Assembly: GCA_951406725.2 (NCBI GenBank)
Contig: OX597840.1
Span: 12,710,001 to 12,774,000, forward strand
Direction: 5' to 3'
From: Octopus vulgaris
Lineage: Eukaryota
DNA: 64,000 nucleotides
The position numbers were made by a program, and so were the translations under genes. Positions 39,226 through 52,849 of this stretch are shown here, in pieces. Position 1 is the stretch's first letter, and every line of letters begins with the position of its first letter. The notes under the pieces are model-generated. The model did no database searches. It saw only the letters and a program-made list of their open reading frames with translations, and was not told the DNA's origin.

Positions 39226-39577
39226 TGGAAGCACTCCGTCGGTTACGACGATGAGGATTCCGGTTGATCCGAATCAATGGAACAGCCTGCTCGTGAGCAC
39301 TCCACAGACACGTGTACCCTTAACGTAGTTCTCGGGGATAGTCAGCATGACACAGAGAGTGACAAGGCCGGCCCCTTGAAATACAGGTACAACAGAAACA
39401 GGAAGTAAGAGTGAGAGAGAAAGTTGTGGTGAAAGAGTACAGCAGGGATCACCACCATCCCCTGCCGGAGCCTCGTGGAGCTTTAGGCGTTTTCGCTCAA
39501 TAAACACTCACAACGCCCGGTCTGGGAATCGAAACAACGAGTCCGCTGCCCTAACCACTGGGCCATTGCGCCTCCAC
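39226..39577 (-). mobile_element. Third tRNA-derived SINE family, with a 10-bp target-site duplication
   Basis: Minus-strand head GGAGGCGCAATGGCCCAGTGGTTAGG...TTCGATTCCC; TACATTGTAA at 39216-39225 and 39578-39587. Confidence 0.8.
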
Positions 39578-40046
39578 TACATTGTAAAACTGTAACAATA
39601 TTGTTATCACCAGTATTTTTCGTTTATTCTTTCCATTATAATCTTTGCTTCTGTACTTTGATGTTGTACTTTTTTCTTATTTAACGTATCTTTCTCACCT
39701 TTCTTATTTTTTCCTTTTTTTCCTACTTTTTTCCTGTCTTTTTTCCTATCTTTTCTGATATTATTATTTTTTATTTTACTTTTTATTTTTATTTTTATAT
39801 TTTTTTATTTATATTTTTTATTTTATTTATATTTTATTTATCTATTTATTTCTTTTTCTTTTTTTCCTTTTTTTCTAATTTTATCGTTTATTTTTATCTT
39901 TACATTTTAATTATTATTAACTTGTTAATTAATTACAACTGTTACATCCCCAAAATCAAGATAGATATTTAGAAGGTGTGATACATTTGCGTGTGTGTAT
40001 GAATGAATCCACGGGTGTGTGTGTATGAAGATTTATACATAGTGTG

Positions 40047-40103
<57 letters not shown>

Positions 40104-40120
40104 ATGCATATGTATGTGTA

Positions 40121-40154
<34 letters not shown>

Positions 40155-40329
40155 CATGTGTGCTTGTATATTCGGGAATGTATAGATATGTGGATATGTA
40201 CATGTGTGTGCATGTATATATACGTATATTTGTATGTATATATGTGTTAGGTATGTGTAGGTGTACATTTCTATGTGGATGTGTATATATGTATGGGTAT
40301 ATGTAAATTAATAAATAAAATAAAACATA

Positions 40330-40493
40330 GCGTAGGAGTGGCTGTGTGGTAAGTAGCATGCTTATGAACCATATGGTTCCGGGTTCAGTCCCACTGCGTG
40401 GCACCTTAGGCAAGTGTCTTCTACTATAGCCTCGGGCTGACCAAAGCCTTGTGAGTGGATTTGGTAGATGGAAACTGAAAGAAACCCGTCGTA

Positions 40494-40531
<38 letters not shown>

Positions 40532-40757
40532 TGTGTGTGTTTGTGTGTCTGTGTTTGTCCCCCTAGCATTGCTTGACAGCCGATGCTGGTGTGTTTACGA
40601 CCCCGTCACATAGCAGTTCGGCATAACAGACCGATAGAATAATTACTGGGCTTACAAATAATAAGTATCGGGGTCGATTTGCTCGACTAAAGGCGGTGCT
40701 CCAGCATGGCCGCAGTCAAATGACTGAAACAAGTAACAGGGTAAAGAGAGTAAGAGT
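40330..40757 (+). mobile_element. CORE-type SINE
   Basis: Matches 478-886. Confidence 0.85.
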
Positions 40758-40985
40758 ATATACATACATATATGTACATACCTACCTCGACATGTATATA
40801 TACACGCATATATGTGTACAGGACAGCAAAAAAAAACGTTGAACATAATGGGAAACGAAAACATAGATCCAAAACCAAGGAACTGGACATTTTTCTTAAA
40901 CAACAAAAAAATAGAGTACAGGACAAATAACACAAGGAAAATTCCCCTTCTTCAGTCGCCATGGTTTCATCTGCTCTACGTTTCG

Positions 40986-41068
<83 letters not shown>

Positions 41069-41252
41069 ATGTGTATGTATATGTATGTATGTATGTATGT
41101 ATATAGGTGGGTGTGTATATATGTATATACATATATATATATATATGCATACACATATATGTATATACATAGGTGTGTGTGTGCGTATGTGTATATGTGT
41201 ATATGTGCATGGGTGTGTGTATGTGTGAGCGTGGGTGAACATGTACACACGA

Positions 41253-41283
<31 letters not shown>

Positions 41284-41625
41284 GGCGCAGGAGTGGCTGT
41301 GTGGTAAGTAGCTTGCTAACCAACCACATGGTTCCGGGTTCAGTCCCACTGCATGGCATCTTGTGCAATGCCTTGTAGACGGAAAGAAGCCTGTCGTATA
41401 TATGTATGTGTGTGTGTTTGTGTGCCTGTGTTTACGTCCCCCTAGCATTGCTTGACAACCGATGCTGGTGTGTTTACGTCCCCGTCACTTAGCGGTTCGG
41501 CATAAGAGACCGATAGAATAAGTACTGGGCTTACAAAGAATAAGTCCCCGGGTCGATTTGCTCGACTAAAAGTGGTGCTCCAGCATGGCCGCAGTCGAAT
41601 GACTGAAACAAGTAAAAGAGTAAAT
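41284..41625 (+). mobile_element. CORE-type SINE with internal deletions
   Basis: Matches 478-886. Confidence 0.8.
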
Positions 41626-42152
41626 AGAGAGATATATGTGTGTGTGTGTATGTATATGTTTAGTGAGTTTTACATGGGTGTGGTTATGTGTGTGTAATGA
41701 TAATTACATCGGTACATATCATTAGCTGTATGTATCAGGTTTATATATGTGCTTGTGGGTGAGTATGTAGACACACGCACCCACATACAAGATATACTTA
41801 AAGCATGTAGCGACAGATTGCCATAAAATATCAAATTTCATTTCCCCTTCCTCCGGTAATTAGAAGTAATTTATGACGCTTACCACAGCATCAAGACTTT
41901 TTAACATCTTTAACATCTTTTTAACATCTTTTTAACATCTTTTTAACATCTTTAACATTTTTAATTCTTTTGTGTTTACGATCTCTTTGTATCCTTTTAT
42001 TTTTATTTTTATTTTTGTACATTTTACATTTTTACAATACATTTCTAGAATTTATAGCTTTATACCTTCCGTGTTTTATACTTTTTTACGTTTTTATATT
42101 TTTATATCCTTATATTTTTATATTCTTATATCTTTATATTTTTTTATTATAT

Positions 42153-42540
42153 TGGCTGTGTGGTAAGTAGCTTGCTAACCAACCACATGATTCCGGGTTC
42201 AGTCCCACTGCGTGGCATCTTGGGCAAGTGTCTTCTGCTATAGCCCCAGGCCGACCAATGCCTCGTGAGTGGATTTGGTAGACGGAAACTGAAAGAAGCC
42301 TGTCGTATATATGTATATATATGTATGTGTGTGTGTTTGTCCCCCTAGCATTGCTTGACAACCGATGCTGGTGTGTTTACGTCCCCGTCACTTAGCGGTT
42401 CAGCAAAAGAGACCGATAGAATAAGTACTGGGCTTACAAAGAATAAGTCCCAGGGTCGATTTGCTCGACTAAAGGCGGTGCTCCAGCATGGCCGCAGTCA
42501 AATGACTGAAACAAGTAGAAGAGTAAAGAGTAAAGAGAGT
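42153..42540 (+). mobile_element. CORE-type SINE
   Basis: Matches 478-886. Confidence 0.85.
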
Positions 42541-43164
42541 ATATCCATTTATATTTAGCATGGTAGGTGTTTGTAAGCCATTTAAGAAACACACAAAAGC
42601 CGTCCGATTCACTTCAACATTTAAGGTTAACTTGTCAAAATATTTTCGTCGCTTTAGACCGTGACCTGTTCACTAAACTTAAATGTTAAGTGAATCGAAC
42701 GGCTTTTGTGTGTTTCTTAAATGGCTTACAAATACCTTCCACGCTGCAATTATTTTCGTTTCAGCACACGATCTCAGATCAAATCACTTGCTATGCAAGT
42801 ACATCATATATATTTATATTTTTACTTGTGATCCCAACATTATTACCGTTTCCTTCTCTTCCCCTTTATTCTTCTTTTTCCTTTTCTTTCTCTTTTTTCT
42901 CAACCTTCAATTCTCCTTATTAACTTCCCTTACAAGAGGAATAAACCCGCTAGAATCTACTCAGCATTAACTCTGTATTGACTGATGATTCAGTATGGAC
43001 GGATTTCCGAAGTCCAATAATACCCTGCACACCTATTTGATTATGAAGATTTACAAACATACTTTCTCAGTGAAACTCAATATACCTACCATTATAGATA
43101 AAGCCAAATGTTCCTTTTCGGACTTTTCACAATGTGATACAGGTCTTTGGTATAGCAATTGCAT

Positions 43165-43256
43165 GCGGCTGAAGAGAGCTTTAAACCATCTGTTATGTCG
43201 ATTACACATTGATGTAAGAATAGGTTGTTGTATAAAGCTCGAAACATGTGTACCAC
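43165..43256 (+). ncRNA. Type I hammerhead ribozyme (PLE-type)
   Basis: GCGG-CTGAAGA-GAGCTTTA...TAAAGCTC-GAAAC ATGT GT-A-CCAC: perfect 8-bp stem II and intact core; stem I has one mismatch. Confidence 0.7.
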
Positions 43257-43361
43257 GACATCCTTTGTGTTCTGTTTTTTATTTCATTTGACTTTATTTG
43301 ATTTTATTTCATTGATATATGTGTGTGTGTGTGTGTGTATATATATATACATATACATATA

Positions 43362-43428
<67 letters not shown>

Positions 43429-43440
43429 ATATATATATAC

Positions 43441-43509
<69 letters not shown>

Positions 43510-43539
43510 GGTGTGGGTGTGTGTGTGTGTGTGTGTGTA

Positions 43540-43976
43540 TATAGGTGCAGGTGTGGCTGTGTAGTAAGATGGTTCTGGGTACAAGACAAGTGTCTTCTAA
43601 TGTAGCCTCAGACCACCCAAATCCTTGTCAGTGGATTTGGTAGATGGAAACTGGAAGAAGCCCGACATATATATATATGTGTCTGTGTGTCTGTGTGCGT
43701 GCGTGTTTATGTGTCTGTGTTTTGTCCCTCTGTCCTCTCACCCATCATCACTTGACAACAGATGTTGATGTGCTTACATCCCCGTAACTTAGCAGTTCAG
43801 CAAAAGAAACTGATAGAATAAGTACTAGGCTTACAAAGAATAACTCCTGTGGGCAATTTGTTTAACTAAAGGCAGTGCTCCAGTATGGCCACAGTCAAAT
43901 GGCTGAAACAAGTAAAAGAATAAAAGAATGTATATATATGATTTTGTGCTTAAATGTATGTATGCATGAGTGTATG

Positions 43977-44008
<32 letters not shown>

Positions 44009-44071
44009 CACACACACACACATACATACATACATTTAAACACAAAATCATATATATACATTCTTTTATTC

Positions 44072-44106
<35 letters not shown>

Positions 44107-44116
44107 TACATATATA

Positions 44117-44174
<58 letters not shown>

Positions 44175-44214
44175 TATGTATGTATGTATGTGTGATTGTG
44201 TGTGTATATATACA

Positions 44215-44249
<35 letters not shown>

Positions 44250-44368
44250 ACATATAAGAAGACCTTACTAGTTTTAACTTATCAAATACTTTCACAAGAA
44301 TTTTATTTGCCAGGAACTATAATAGATATTATGTGTTCAAGGTACTTACAGCAAAATTGAAACTATCA
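43540..44368 (+). repeat. ~0.8-kb direct duplication (diverged SINE plus flank); second copy at 50190-51003
   Basis: Shared diagnostic variants GTAGTAAGATGGTTCTGGGTACAAGACAAG and the tail ...GGTACTTACAGCAAAATTGAA. Confidence 0.85.
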
Positions 44369-44874
44369 TTAGTACTAGGTTTAAAAGTAGGTCTTCAAGT
44401 GGTTTTCAAGCATAGCCGAATTCAAATGACTGAAAGAAGTTAAAGAATAAAAGGATATATATATATATATATGGAGATGTACTTGCATAGCAAGTGATTT
44501 GATCTGAGATCATGTGCTGAAACGAAAATAATTGTAGCGTGGAAGGTATTTGTTAGCCATTTAAGAAACACACAAAAGCCGTTCGATTCACTTAACATTT
44601 AAGTTTAGTGAACAGGTCACGGTCTAAAGCGACGAAAATATTTTGACAAATTAACCTTAAATGTTGAAGTGAATCGGATGGCTTTTGTGTGTTTCTTAAA
44701 TGGCTTACAAACACCTACCATGCTAAATATAAATGGATATAATACAGAATCTCCTACTTCCTCCTCTCAATGATCATACACCCTATAATCAGGATGTCAC
44801 CTGATGTTTGTGACAGCACAGAAGATCTCCTCAGCAGGATCAGTGACTGTAACACAACTTGTGACTTGACAGGA

Positions 44875-46100
44875 TGAATAGTGGGTAGCAATTCCTATAC
44901 CCATCGATTGACGTAGATTTTGCAGTGGAGAAGTGTGTGGAGATGATCAACGAGAGCCAGGTGGAGTTTTATAATGTCAACATAGAAGAACTGGGCCTCC
45001 TACTTAGACTGACATGTAATAATGAATACTTAGATAAACATAATCTTAGTAGTTTCTGCCCCAGTAGAGGTTTAAGAGGTAGACCGCCTACAATTACTTC
45101 TATGGCTAGGAAGACACATATAGAAAGATGGCGCGGATGGACCAGAGCCATACGGAGCCCCGCAAATGTCCATCAGGTAAAGAAAATGATCGCACATGCA
45201 CTAGGAGCTAGTATAAGAGTTACCCTAAAAGGCCACACGTTTAAATTTCATAATAAAATATGTGCCCAGGACGAGGGGGCAGCCATCAGTGTTAGTATCG
45301 CTGGTGATGTGGCCAACCTTTTCATGGTATGGTGGGACAGAAGGCTTAAAGAACGCCTACTGCAGAAATCCATACTCGTAAACATGTACTCTCGCTATGT
45401 TGATGATATCAACATAGTGGTAAAGGCACCCCCACAAGAGAGTAATGTTGATATAGTAATAGAAACTAATACTATGGAGAGCATCCAGCAAATAGCTAAC
45501 TCCATCCACCAGAGTATTAAGGTCACAATAGACTACCCCACTAAACACCCCAACCATAGACTACCAGTACTAGACACTGAACTCTGGCTAGAAATTGTGA
45601 ATAATAAAACCCAAATCCTTCATTCATACTATGCCAAACCTATGGCCTCAAAATACCTGATCCACCGGAACTCAGCCATTGCGGGCAATGCCAAATTCAA
45701 TATTTTGATGGCAGACCTCGTCAGAATAATGAGAAATGTGTCACGCATGTCCGAGCCTACAGAGTTAAAGAGACACATACAATATTTCATTCACCGCATG
45801 CAGTTCTCAGGTTACAGCCATAAAGAAAGGATCAGAGTATAAAAAGGAGCCATGAAGAAATTTGATAATATATTATGTAATGATAGGAATGGGATTTGCC
45901 CACTCTATAGGAACAAGTCATGGAACACTATAGAAAGGACAAAAAAGAAAATAGGGAAGGCCAACTCTTGGTATGATAGCCATAAATACCAGAGTGTCAT
46001 GTTCGTTGACACCACCCCTGGAGGTGAACTGGCGTACCGCTTTAGAAGGACCCTAGACGAACTTAAGCTAAGAATTAAGGTTGTTGGAAAGCCAGGCAAA
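44875..46100 (+). mobile_element. Penelope-like RT fragment (different family from 35887)
   Basis: LYPSID, GAAI...AG.VANLFM..WD, YSRYVDD, LPVLD..LW, YY.KPM.S; in-frame TAA at 45840-45842; truncated at both ends. Confidence 0.8.
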
Positions 46101-46597
46101 TATATATATATTTTTTTTTAAAATTTCGATTCGATTTATTATTATTATTACTAGTATTGTTGTTATACTTACATACATAGCATATGTAATGATAATAATG
46201 GGTCGATGTAAACACATGAACAAAATAAGAACAAAAACAACAACAAAAACAAAATACAAATTACATGAATGTATATAAACAGAAGATACAAATATTACAG
46301 GCATCCCCCTCCACACACACTAAATAAACATAGACGCACATGGAGATATAAGCATGCGCAAATGAAGACATACAATAGAAATACAAAATGGTTGATGGTT
46401 AGTCAGGAGAGACACAAGTAAGTGAGAAGAAAACAAAGGACCACTGATGCAGTCACAGGAGTGTGACGAAAGAACTCTGGCCGAAATAAGATTACGATTA
46501 ATGTAAAAAATAAATAATACTGAAAAATGAATAACACCAAATATATAGTGCATGTGTTTTTATTGGCTAAACTGGCAAAATGACCATTCCGAAATAT

Positions 46598-46650
<53 letters not shown>

Positions 46651-46651
<1 letters not shown>

Positions 46652-47040
46652 TAGCAGTATCACCCGGCGTTGCTCGGGTTTGTTTCGACCCTTTAGAATT
46701 GGAATTTTTGAAAAGTAAAAATGTTGCATTATGTAACTTGTTATTCTCTTTAAGTGAACATTTTTCTGGTTGAAATACACCAAAAAATGGTGACACAGCA
46801 GTCAAAAAATCGTAAAAAATAGGGCTTTTCATAGAAAAAAAGCACCTTTTTGATGTAAATAATTTTTGGTGTTAACATGGACAGATTTGAATTTTTTCTT
46901 GTATGGAAGGAAGAGCAAGCCTTCTTCTATCATACTCTCAATTTTGATCAACTTGCGCTGCTGGGTCTCGGAGGAGATAGTGTTAGTTGAAGGCTACCAA
47001 ACCTGCCATACACAGACAACCTCAGCTTTATATATAGAGA
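46651..47040 (-). mobile_element. Non-autonomous Helitron
   Basis: 5' TCTCTATATATAAAG; 3' CCCGAGCAACGCCGGG hairpin then CTAG; adjacent to (TA)n. Confidence 0.8.
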
Positions 47041-48109
47041 GGTTTCACTCAACTTTCACTGTTACCTTCCTCTGTCAATAAATATCCAGTTATTCTTAAA
47101 CTTACTTCAAAATGATGATGAACATCACCACTGCTATCATCATCATTTTAACATCCACTCTCCCATGCCTGCATGGGTCAGGTGGAATATGTTGAAGGGC
47201 AATTTCCACAGTTGGATGCTCTTCCTGTCCCCAAGCTTTATCTGTTTCTAAATAAGGTAATATCTCCACCCTGGCTGGACTGGTTTCCATGAAGATTGGA
47301 ATCCAATCACACCATTTGCATTGCAGTGACACCCTTAACAGACAACATATCATTTCCTGTACCCTGTAATAAGGTATGGGGTCATTTAATAATTGTTGCT
47401 AAACCAACACTGCGACCCACCACCCTCTACTTTGGTAAATGCTGTCTCTCAGCACTTTTGCGTCGATACTTACTGACCAGTGATACATTGATGACTGTTT
47501 CATCTCAGTATGACCCTCACTCCTCCATAGGTTGGCTTGGTGTTGAGTCAAATATTTATTGTTGCCGTGGTGGTCATAAAATCCAATTATTTTCTATGTT
47601 GCATGTAGTGTAGATATCTCATATGTAATATCTTTATTGTTGAGCCGCACGTGGTGTTTGATGTGGTCCTGCACAGAATCACTACGGTTTGTAGGATGGA
47701 GTCATACATACATATATGCATTCCTACATACATACATGCATGCATGCATGCATGCATACATACATACATACATACAAGCATATATACATATGTATGTATG
47801 TATACAATGTTAGAGGTATGGGTATAGGAGCACATGCATAATATACTTGCATGTATGCATGTATATATATATATACATATATATATAATATATATGTATA
47901 TATATACGTATGTATATATATATAAACACACATGTGTATGTACGTATATATAAATTTGAAATTACAATCAAGAGAACAGAGTACATAATAATGTAAATTG
48001 TAACTATATATGCGTGAATATATACATACATACATACATACATACATACATACATACATACATACATACATACATACATTTATACCTAAACATATGTATA
48101 CATATCCAT

Positions 48110-48632
48110 AAGTCTACTACAGAAAATGAAACTTAGCGCGCGAAGTTCTTTGAAGTTCGCGCTCCGCTTGTGTGTGTGTGTGTGCGTGCTTTAGGTGTAC
48201 GTAGGTATGTGTTTTTGTGTGTGTGTCACTGAAGCCATACATACATATATACATACATAACCTCTCTCTCTCTTTTCTGTCTCAGTCACTCACTACGAAA
48301 AGTGAATTACTTTCACTTTAATTGTTGCAGACTTGCAAAGAGAAAGGAGTAGAAATTAGAGTGATGGCGTGAGTGAATCAGATCGCTCCGTTTGTGTGTG
48401 TGTGTGTGTGCGTGTGCTGTAGCCCACACTAAGAAAAGCACTTGACTTAGACACCACAATGTGAGTTTTCTCTAAATTTTGTTTAATTGGGGTTGAAATT
48501 TTAAAAACCGGACCTGGCACGACCCGATTTATTCTACTCTTAAAAATGCTAGGTAAATTGTAATTGAAGAAATCCTATATTGTAGATTTCTATAAGAGAC
48601 AAGGAAGCAGATAAAATCTGCCTTTTATAATA

Positions 48633-48635
<3 letters not shown>
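48110..48635 (-). mobile_element. Helitron 5' portion, head-to-head with the element at 48678
   Basis: Minus strand begins TCTTATTATAAAAGGCAG. Confidence 0.7.
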
Positions 48636-48677
<42 letters not shown>

Positions 48678-48680
<3 letters not shown>

Positions 48681-49222
48681 TATTATAAAAGGCAGACTTT
48701 ATCTGCCTCCCTTTGTAAGTTATAGAAATCTACAATATAGGGTTTCTTCAATTACAATTTACCTAGCATTTTTAAGAGTAGAATGCATCGGGTCATGCCA
48801 GGTTCAGTTTTTAAAATTTAAACTCCAATTAAGCAAAATTTACAGAAAACTCACATTCTGGTGTGTATGTCAAATGCTTTTCTTAGTCTGGTTTACAGCA
48901 CACGCAAACGCACACACACAGTGTGCAACGAATAAAATGAAAGTAAATAGCGACAGAGTGATTTGAGGAAGACTAAACTGAAAGTATTTAAACCACTACT
49001 CAAAAAATAAAAAAACACAGCAAAAAGAAACAAATAAATACATAACGATTTACTCCTCACACAATTTGTTCAATTAGAATTTACCTAAGATTTTTCAAAG
49101 TACTCCATTCGCTCATGCCATAATATATTTCTTTCAATTTCACCCCCAATTAAGACAAAATTCGAGAAAACTCAATATTTTAACATTTCACTCCGAAAGC
49201 ATTGATGTACATGTGTGCGTGC

Positions 49223-49285
<63 letters not shown>

Positions 49286-50151
49286 ATGGGTTGTGCGACA
49301 CAGAAAGTGTGGTGTGTAAGTGAAGTGCTTTTGTTAGTGTGTGTAAAGAGACAGACAGAGTGAAAGACAGAAATAACTGTAGTTTTCTCTATGATATCAT
49401 CACGTGCGAAAAAATTCGAAGGGTTTTGAACAATTGAGATACAGATGTCACGCCTGTATTGAAACCATTGCTAAGCTGCCGTAATTGCTTAATTAAGACT
49501 TTGTTTAAATTGAAAGGGGCAAATATGTGACGAGGTTGAAAAAAATACCCCAGAAAAAACAATGTACTGCTGGTATTTATATAATTCACTACTATTTTGC
49601 TACAATGTCATGAAAAAGAAAAAAATTAGGTATGTAAATCGAATTCGCCACCCCCTTTTCCCCGTTCGCGTTTGTGTAAAAAATATTATTATTTAAGTTT
49701 TAAAAATTATTTACTTTGTTCAAAAAATATTAATATTAATTAATTTTCAAGAATTATTTAATTTTATTCTGTAAAATAGTAATTAATTCATTTATCTGTA
49801 AATCCACGAGGTTGTTACTCAGGCACCTACAATGGTAACCTTCAACTAACACTATCTCTTCCGAGACCCTGCGGCGCAAGTTGACCAAAATTGATAGTAT
49901 GGTAGAAGAAGGGTTGCTCTTCCTTCCGTAGAACATAAAATTCAAATCGGACCATGTTAACACCAAAAATTATTTACATCAAAAAGATGCTTTTTTCTAT
50001 GAAAATCCCTATTTTTTACGATTTTTTCACTGCTGTGTCGCCACTTTTCGGTGTATTTCGACCAGAAAAATGTTCACAAAATTTTTACTTTTCAAAATTA
50101 CAATTCCAGCGGGTCGAAACAAACCCGAGCAACGCCGGGCGATACTGCTAG
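48678..50151 (+). mobile_element. Composite non-autonomous Helitron
   Basis: A|TCTTATTATAAAAGGCAG start; the 3' ~320 bp is homologous to 46651-46997 and ends in hairpin plus CTAG|T. Confidence 0.7.
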
Positions 50152-50777
50152 TATATATATATGTGTGTGTGTGTGTGTATATATGTATATATAGGTGCAG
50201 GCGTGGCTGTGTAGTAAGATGGTTCTGGGTACAAGACAAGTGTCTTCTAATGTAGTCTCAGACCACCCAAATGCTTGTCAGTGGATTTGGTAGATGGAAA
50301 CTGGAAGAAGCCCGACATATATATATATGTGTGTGCCTGTGTGTGTGTGTGTGTGTGTGCGTGCGTGTTTATGTGTCTGTGTTTTGTCCCTCTGTCCTCT
50401 CACCCATCATCACTTGACAACAGATGTTGATGTGCTTACATCCCTGTAACTTAGCAGTTCGGCAAAAGAAACCGATAGAATAAGTACTAGGCTTACAAAG
50501 AATAACTCCTGTGGGCAATTTGTTTAACTAAAGGCAGTGCTCCAGTATGGCCACAGTCAAATGGCTGAAACAAGTAAAAGAATAAAAGAATGTATATATA
50601 TGATTTTGTGCTTAAATGTATGTATGCATGAGTGTATGTATATATATATAATGGCGGTGCCCCAGCATGGCCACAGCTCATAGGCTGGAACTGGAATCAA
50701 TCAATCATATACACACACATACATACATACATACATTTAAACACAGAATCATATATATACATTCTTTTATTCTTATA

Positions 50778-50836
<59 letters not shown>

Positions 50837-51112
50837 GTGTGATTGTGTGTATATATATACATCTGTGTGTGTGTGTGTGTACACATATAAGAAGACCTTA
50901 CTAGTTTTAATTTATCAAATATTTTCACAAGATTTTTATTTGCCAGGAACTATAATAGATATTATGTGTTCAAGGTACTTACAGCAAAATTGAATCTATC
51001 ATTATCATTATCATTATTATTATTCTGGTCACTTCCTGGAATTGAACTTGGAATTTTGGCCTTAGTAGCCCACGCTTTTAACCACTATTCCATATGCCAA
51101 TGGGCATATAAA

Positions 51113-51165
<53 letters not shown>

Positions 51166-51169
51166 TAAT

Positions 51170-51227
<58 letters not shown>

Positions 51228-51406
51228 TCAAAAAATACCTTAGGAATGAGAACCCAGGTTTGAAATTTCCCCAAGACACCTGAAGAAGGCTGGAGGGTAT
51301 ATCAGCTGAAATTTTGTGTTAACAACAAACAAGATGAGGACAAATATCCATCGAATGTAAATAATGTAAATAATGTAAATAATGACATATATTTAACATA
51401 TTACAC

Positions 51407-52262
51407 TCATTTTGTACAATGGATGAATGAACTAGATTCGTAATATTTTCTTTTAGACTTCATACCTTTGAAGGAAAGCTCAGAAACCAAACTAGAACCA
51501 CCAATCTATGGAGAGTATTCACGTTCTGGTAGAGCAATGACATTAACCTCTGTGTCAGGTGGTGCCAAGGCACTGATTTCCTTTTTCATACGCTCAACAA
51601 AACCTGGAAACATTGTTGAATGCCCGGACAACACGATGTTGGCAAAAAGACCTTTTCGGAGTTCCTCATCACATTTTCATGATTGAGTTATATGTTGTTT
51701 TATGAAGACCATCATATCCCATTCCGAGTAAACTTGGCTTGAGCATAGCTTCTGGGACACGGAATCGTTCATTTCCAATGGTAATGAATTGTCCATCAGG
51801 TAGTTCATAACTCATTTCCAAAGATGAAGAAGAGGCTGTTGTCTCCATTTGCTGTTCAAATTCTAGAGCAATGCTTTTTAACCTTTTTGCTGGAGCGGAA
51901 CCCCAAGGAAACATTCCACTGGCTCGGGGAACCCCTGCGCAATAATTTAATAGTCTTATGCATACATATTTGCACAGGAGAATTAAAAATTACTGCCGCT
52001 TTTAGCAGTTTTGTAACTTCTTGTGGAATCCCTGAACTGTATTGGCGGAACCCTGGTTGAAAACCACTGGTCTAGAGCAACATAGCAGAACTTTTCTTTG
52101 ATGTCACAGACAATTTCCCTCTGAGAAGCTGCGTCAAAGCAATAGCCACGTTCCATCAAGATCCTCATAAAGTCAAGTTGAGACCAGCAAGATCCTGATG
52201 GATTGCAGTATTTCGTGTAATTAAAGCTTCACAGACAGGGACAACTTGGGTGATACTATGAC
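51407..52262 (-). pseudogene. Actin-like pseudogene (3' two-thirds of exon 2)
   Basis: HSITQVVPV...LMERGY.F....[16 protein letters not shown] / [31 protein letters not shown]. Lesions: TGG->TAG at 51506-51508, a +1 frameshift near 51675, a frameshift near 52170, a MITE insertion and loss of the 5' part. Confidence 0.92.
51869..52069. mobile_element. hAT-Charlie-type MITE (201 bp)
   Basis: 15-bp imperfect TIRs CAATGCTTTTTAACC / GGTTGAAAACCACTG; 8-bp TSD TTCTAGAG (51861-51868) and GTCTAGAG (52070-52077), matching the Charlie NTCTAGAN target preference. Confidence 0.88.
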
Positions 52263-52849
52263 AACTGATGCTGGTGTGTTTACGTCCCCATAACCTAGCG
52301 GGTTACATTAATGGTACACATGACTGAGGAGTACTCAGCCACTTATCAAATACAATGAACAGATCTGACATTGCTATAAGTCGATGTAAAATGTATTTGT
52401 GTGTATGTGTGTGTATGTGGTGTTACATGTGTGTTTCTTTGTGTCTGTGTTTTCTCCCCACAATATAAATATTTTTCTATTTTTTTCCTTTACAAGTTTC
52501 AGCCATTAGACTGCGACCATGCTGGAGCACTGTCTAAAAGAAATTTTAGTTGAATGTATCAAACCCAGTACTTATTTTTTAAAAGCATGGTAATCATTCT
52601 GTCGGTTTCTTTTGCCAAACCACTAAGTTACAATAATAAAGACAGTTGATTTGTAAACAAAGAATAAAATACTGTTTGAGGCTTAGCTAGGATGAGTTAT
52701 CTTCCTTAAATCAGTTCAGTTGGCAAACCTTATGAACTTAAGTGCTAAACAGGTAATCTCTGCCTTTAGGCTGTTTCCAGTCAGCAAGGATTCTTTTTGA
52801 CTCTAATCAATGAATGGGGAACCCCATGCCTGCAGCAGGTAGCATTTGA

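Noticed and set aside
40940-40990. Permuted hammerhead pieces on the minus strand (GAAACGTA...CTGAAGA)
   Set aside because: Stem I cannot be formed; probably a fragment of a repeat terminus
51027-51105. tRNA-like sequence on the minus strand, and the A/B boxes of the SINE heads
   Set aside because: No complete cloverleaf; best explained as tRNA-derived SINE heads rather than tRNA genes
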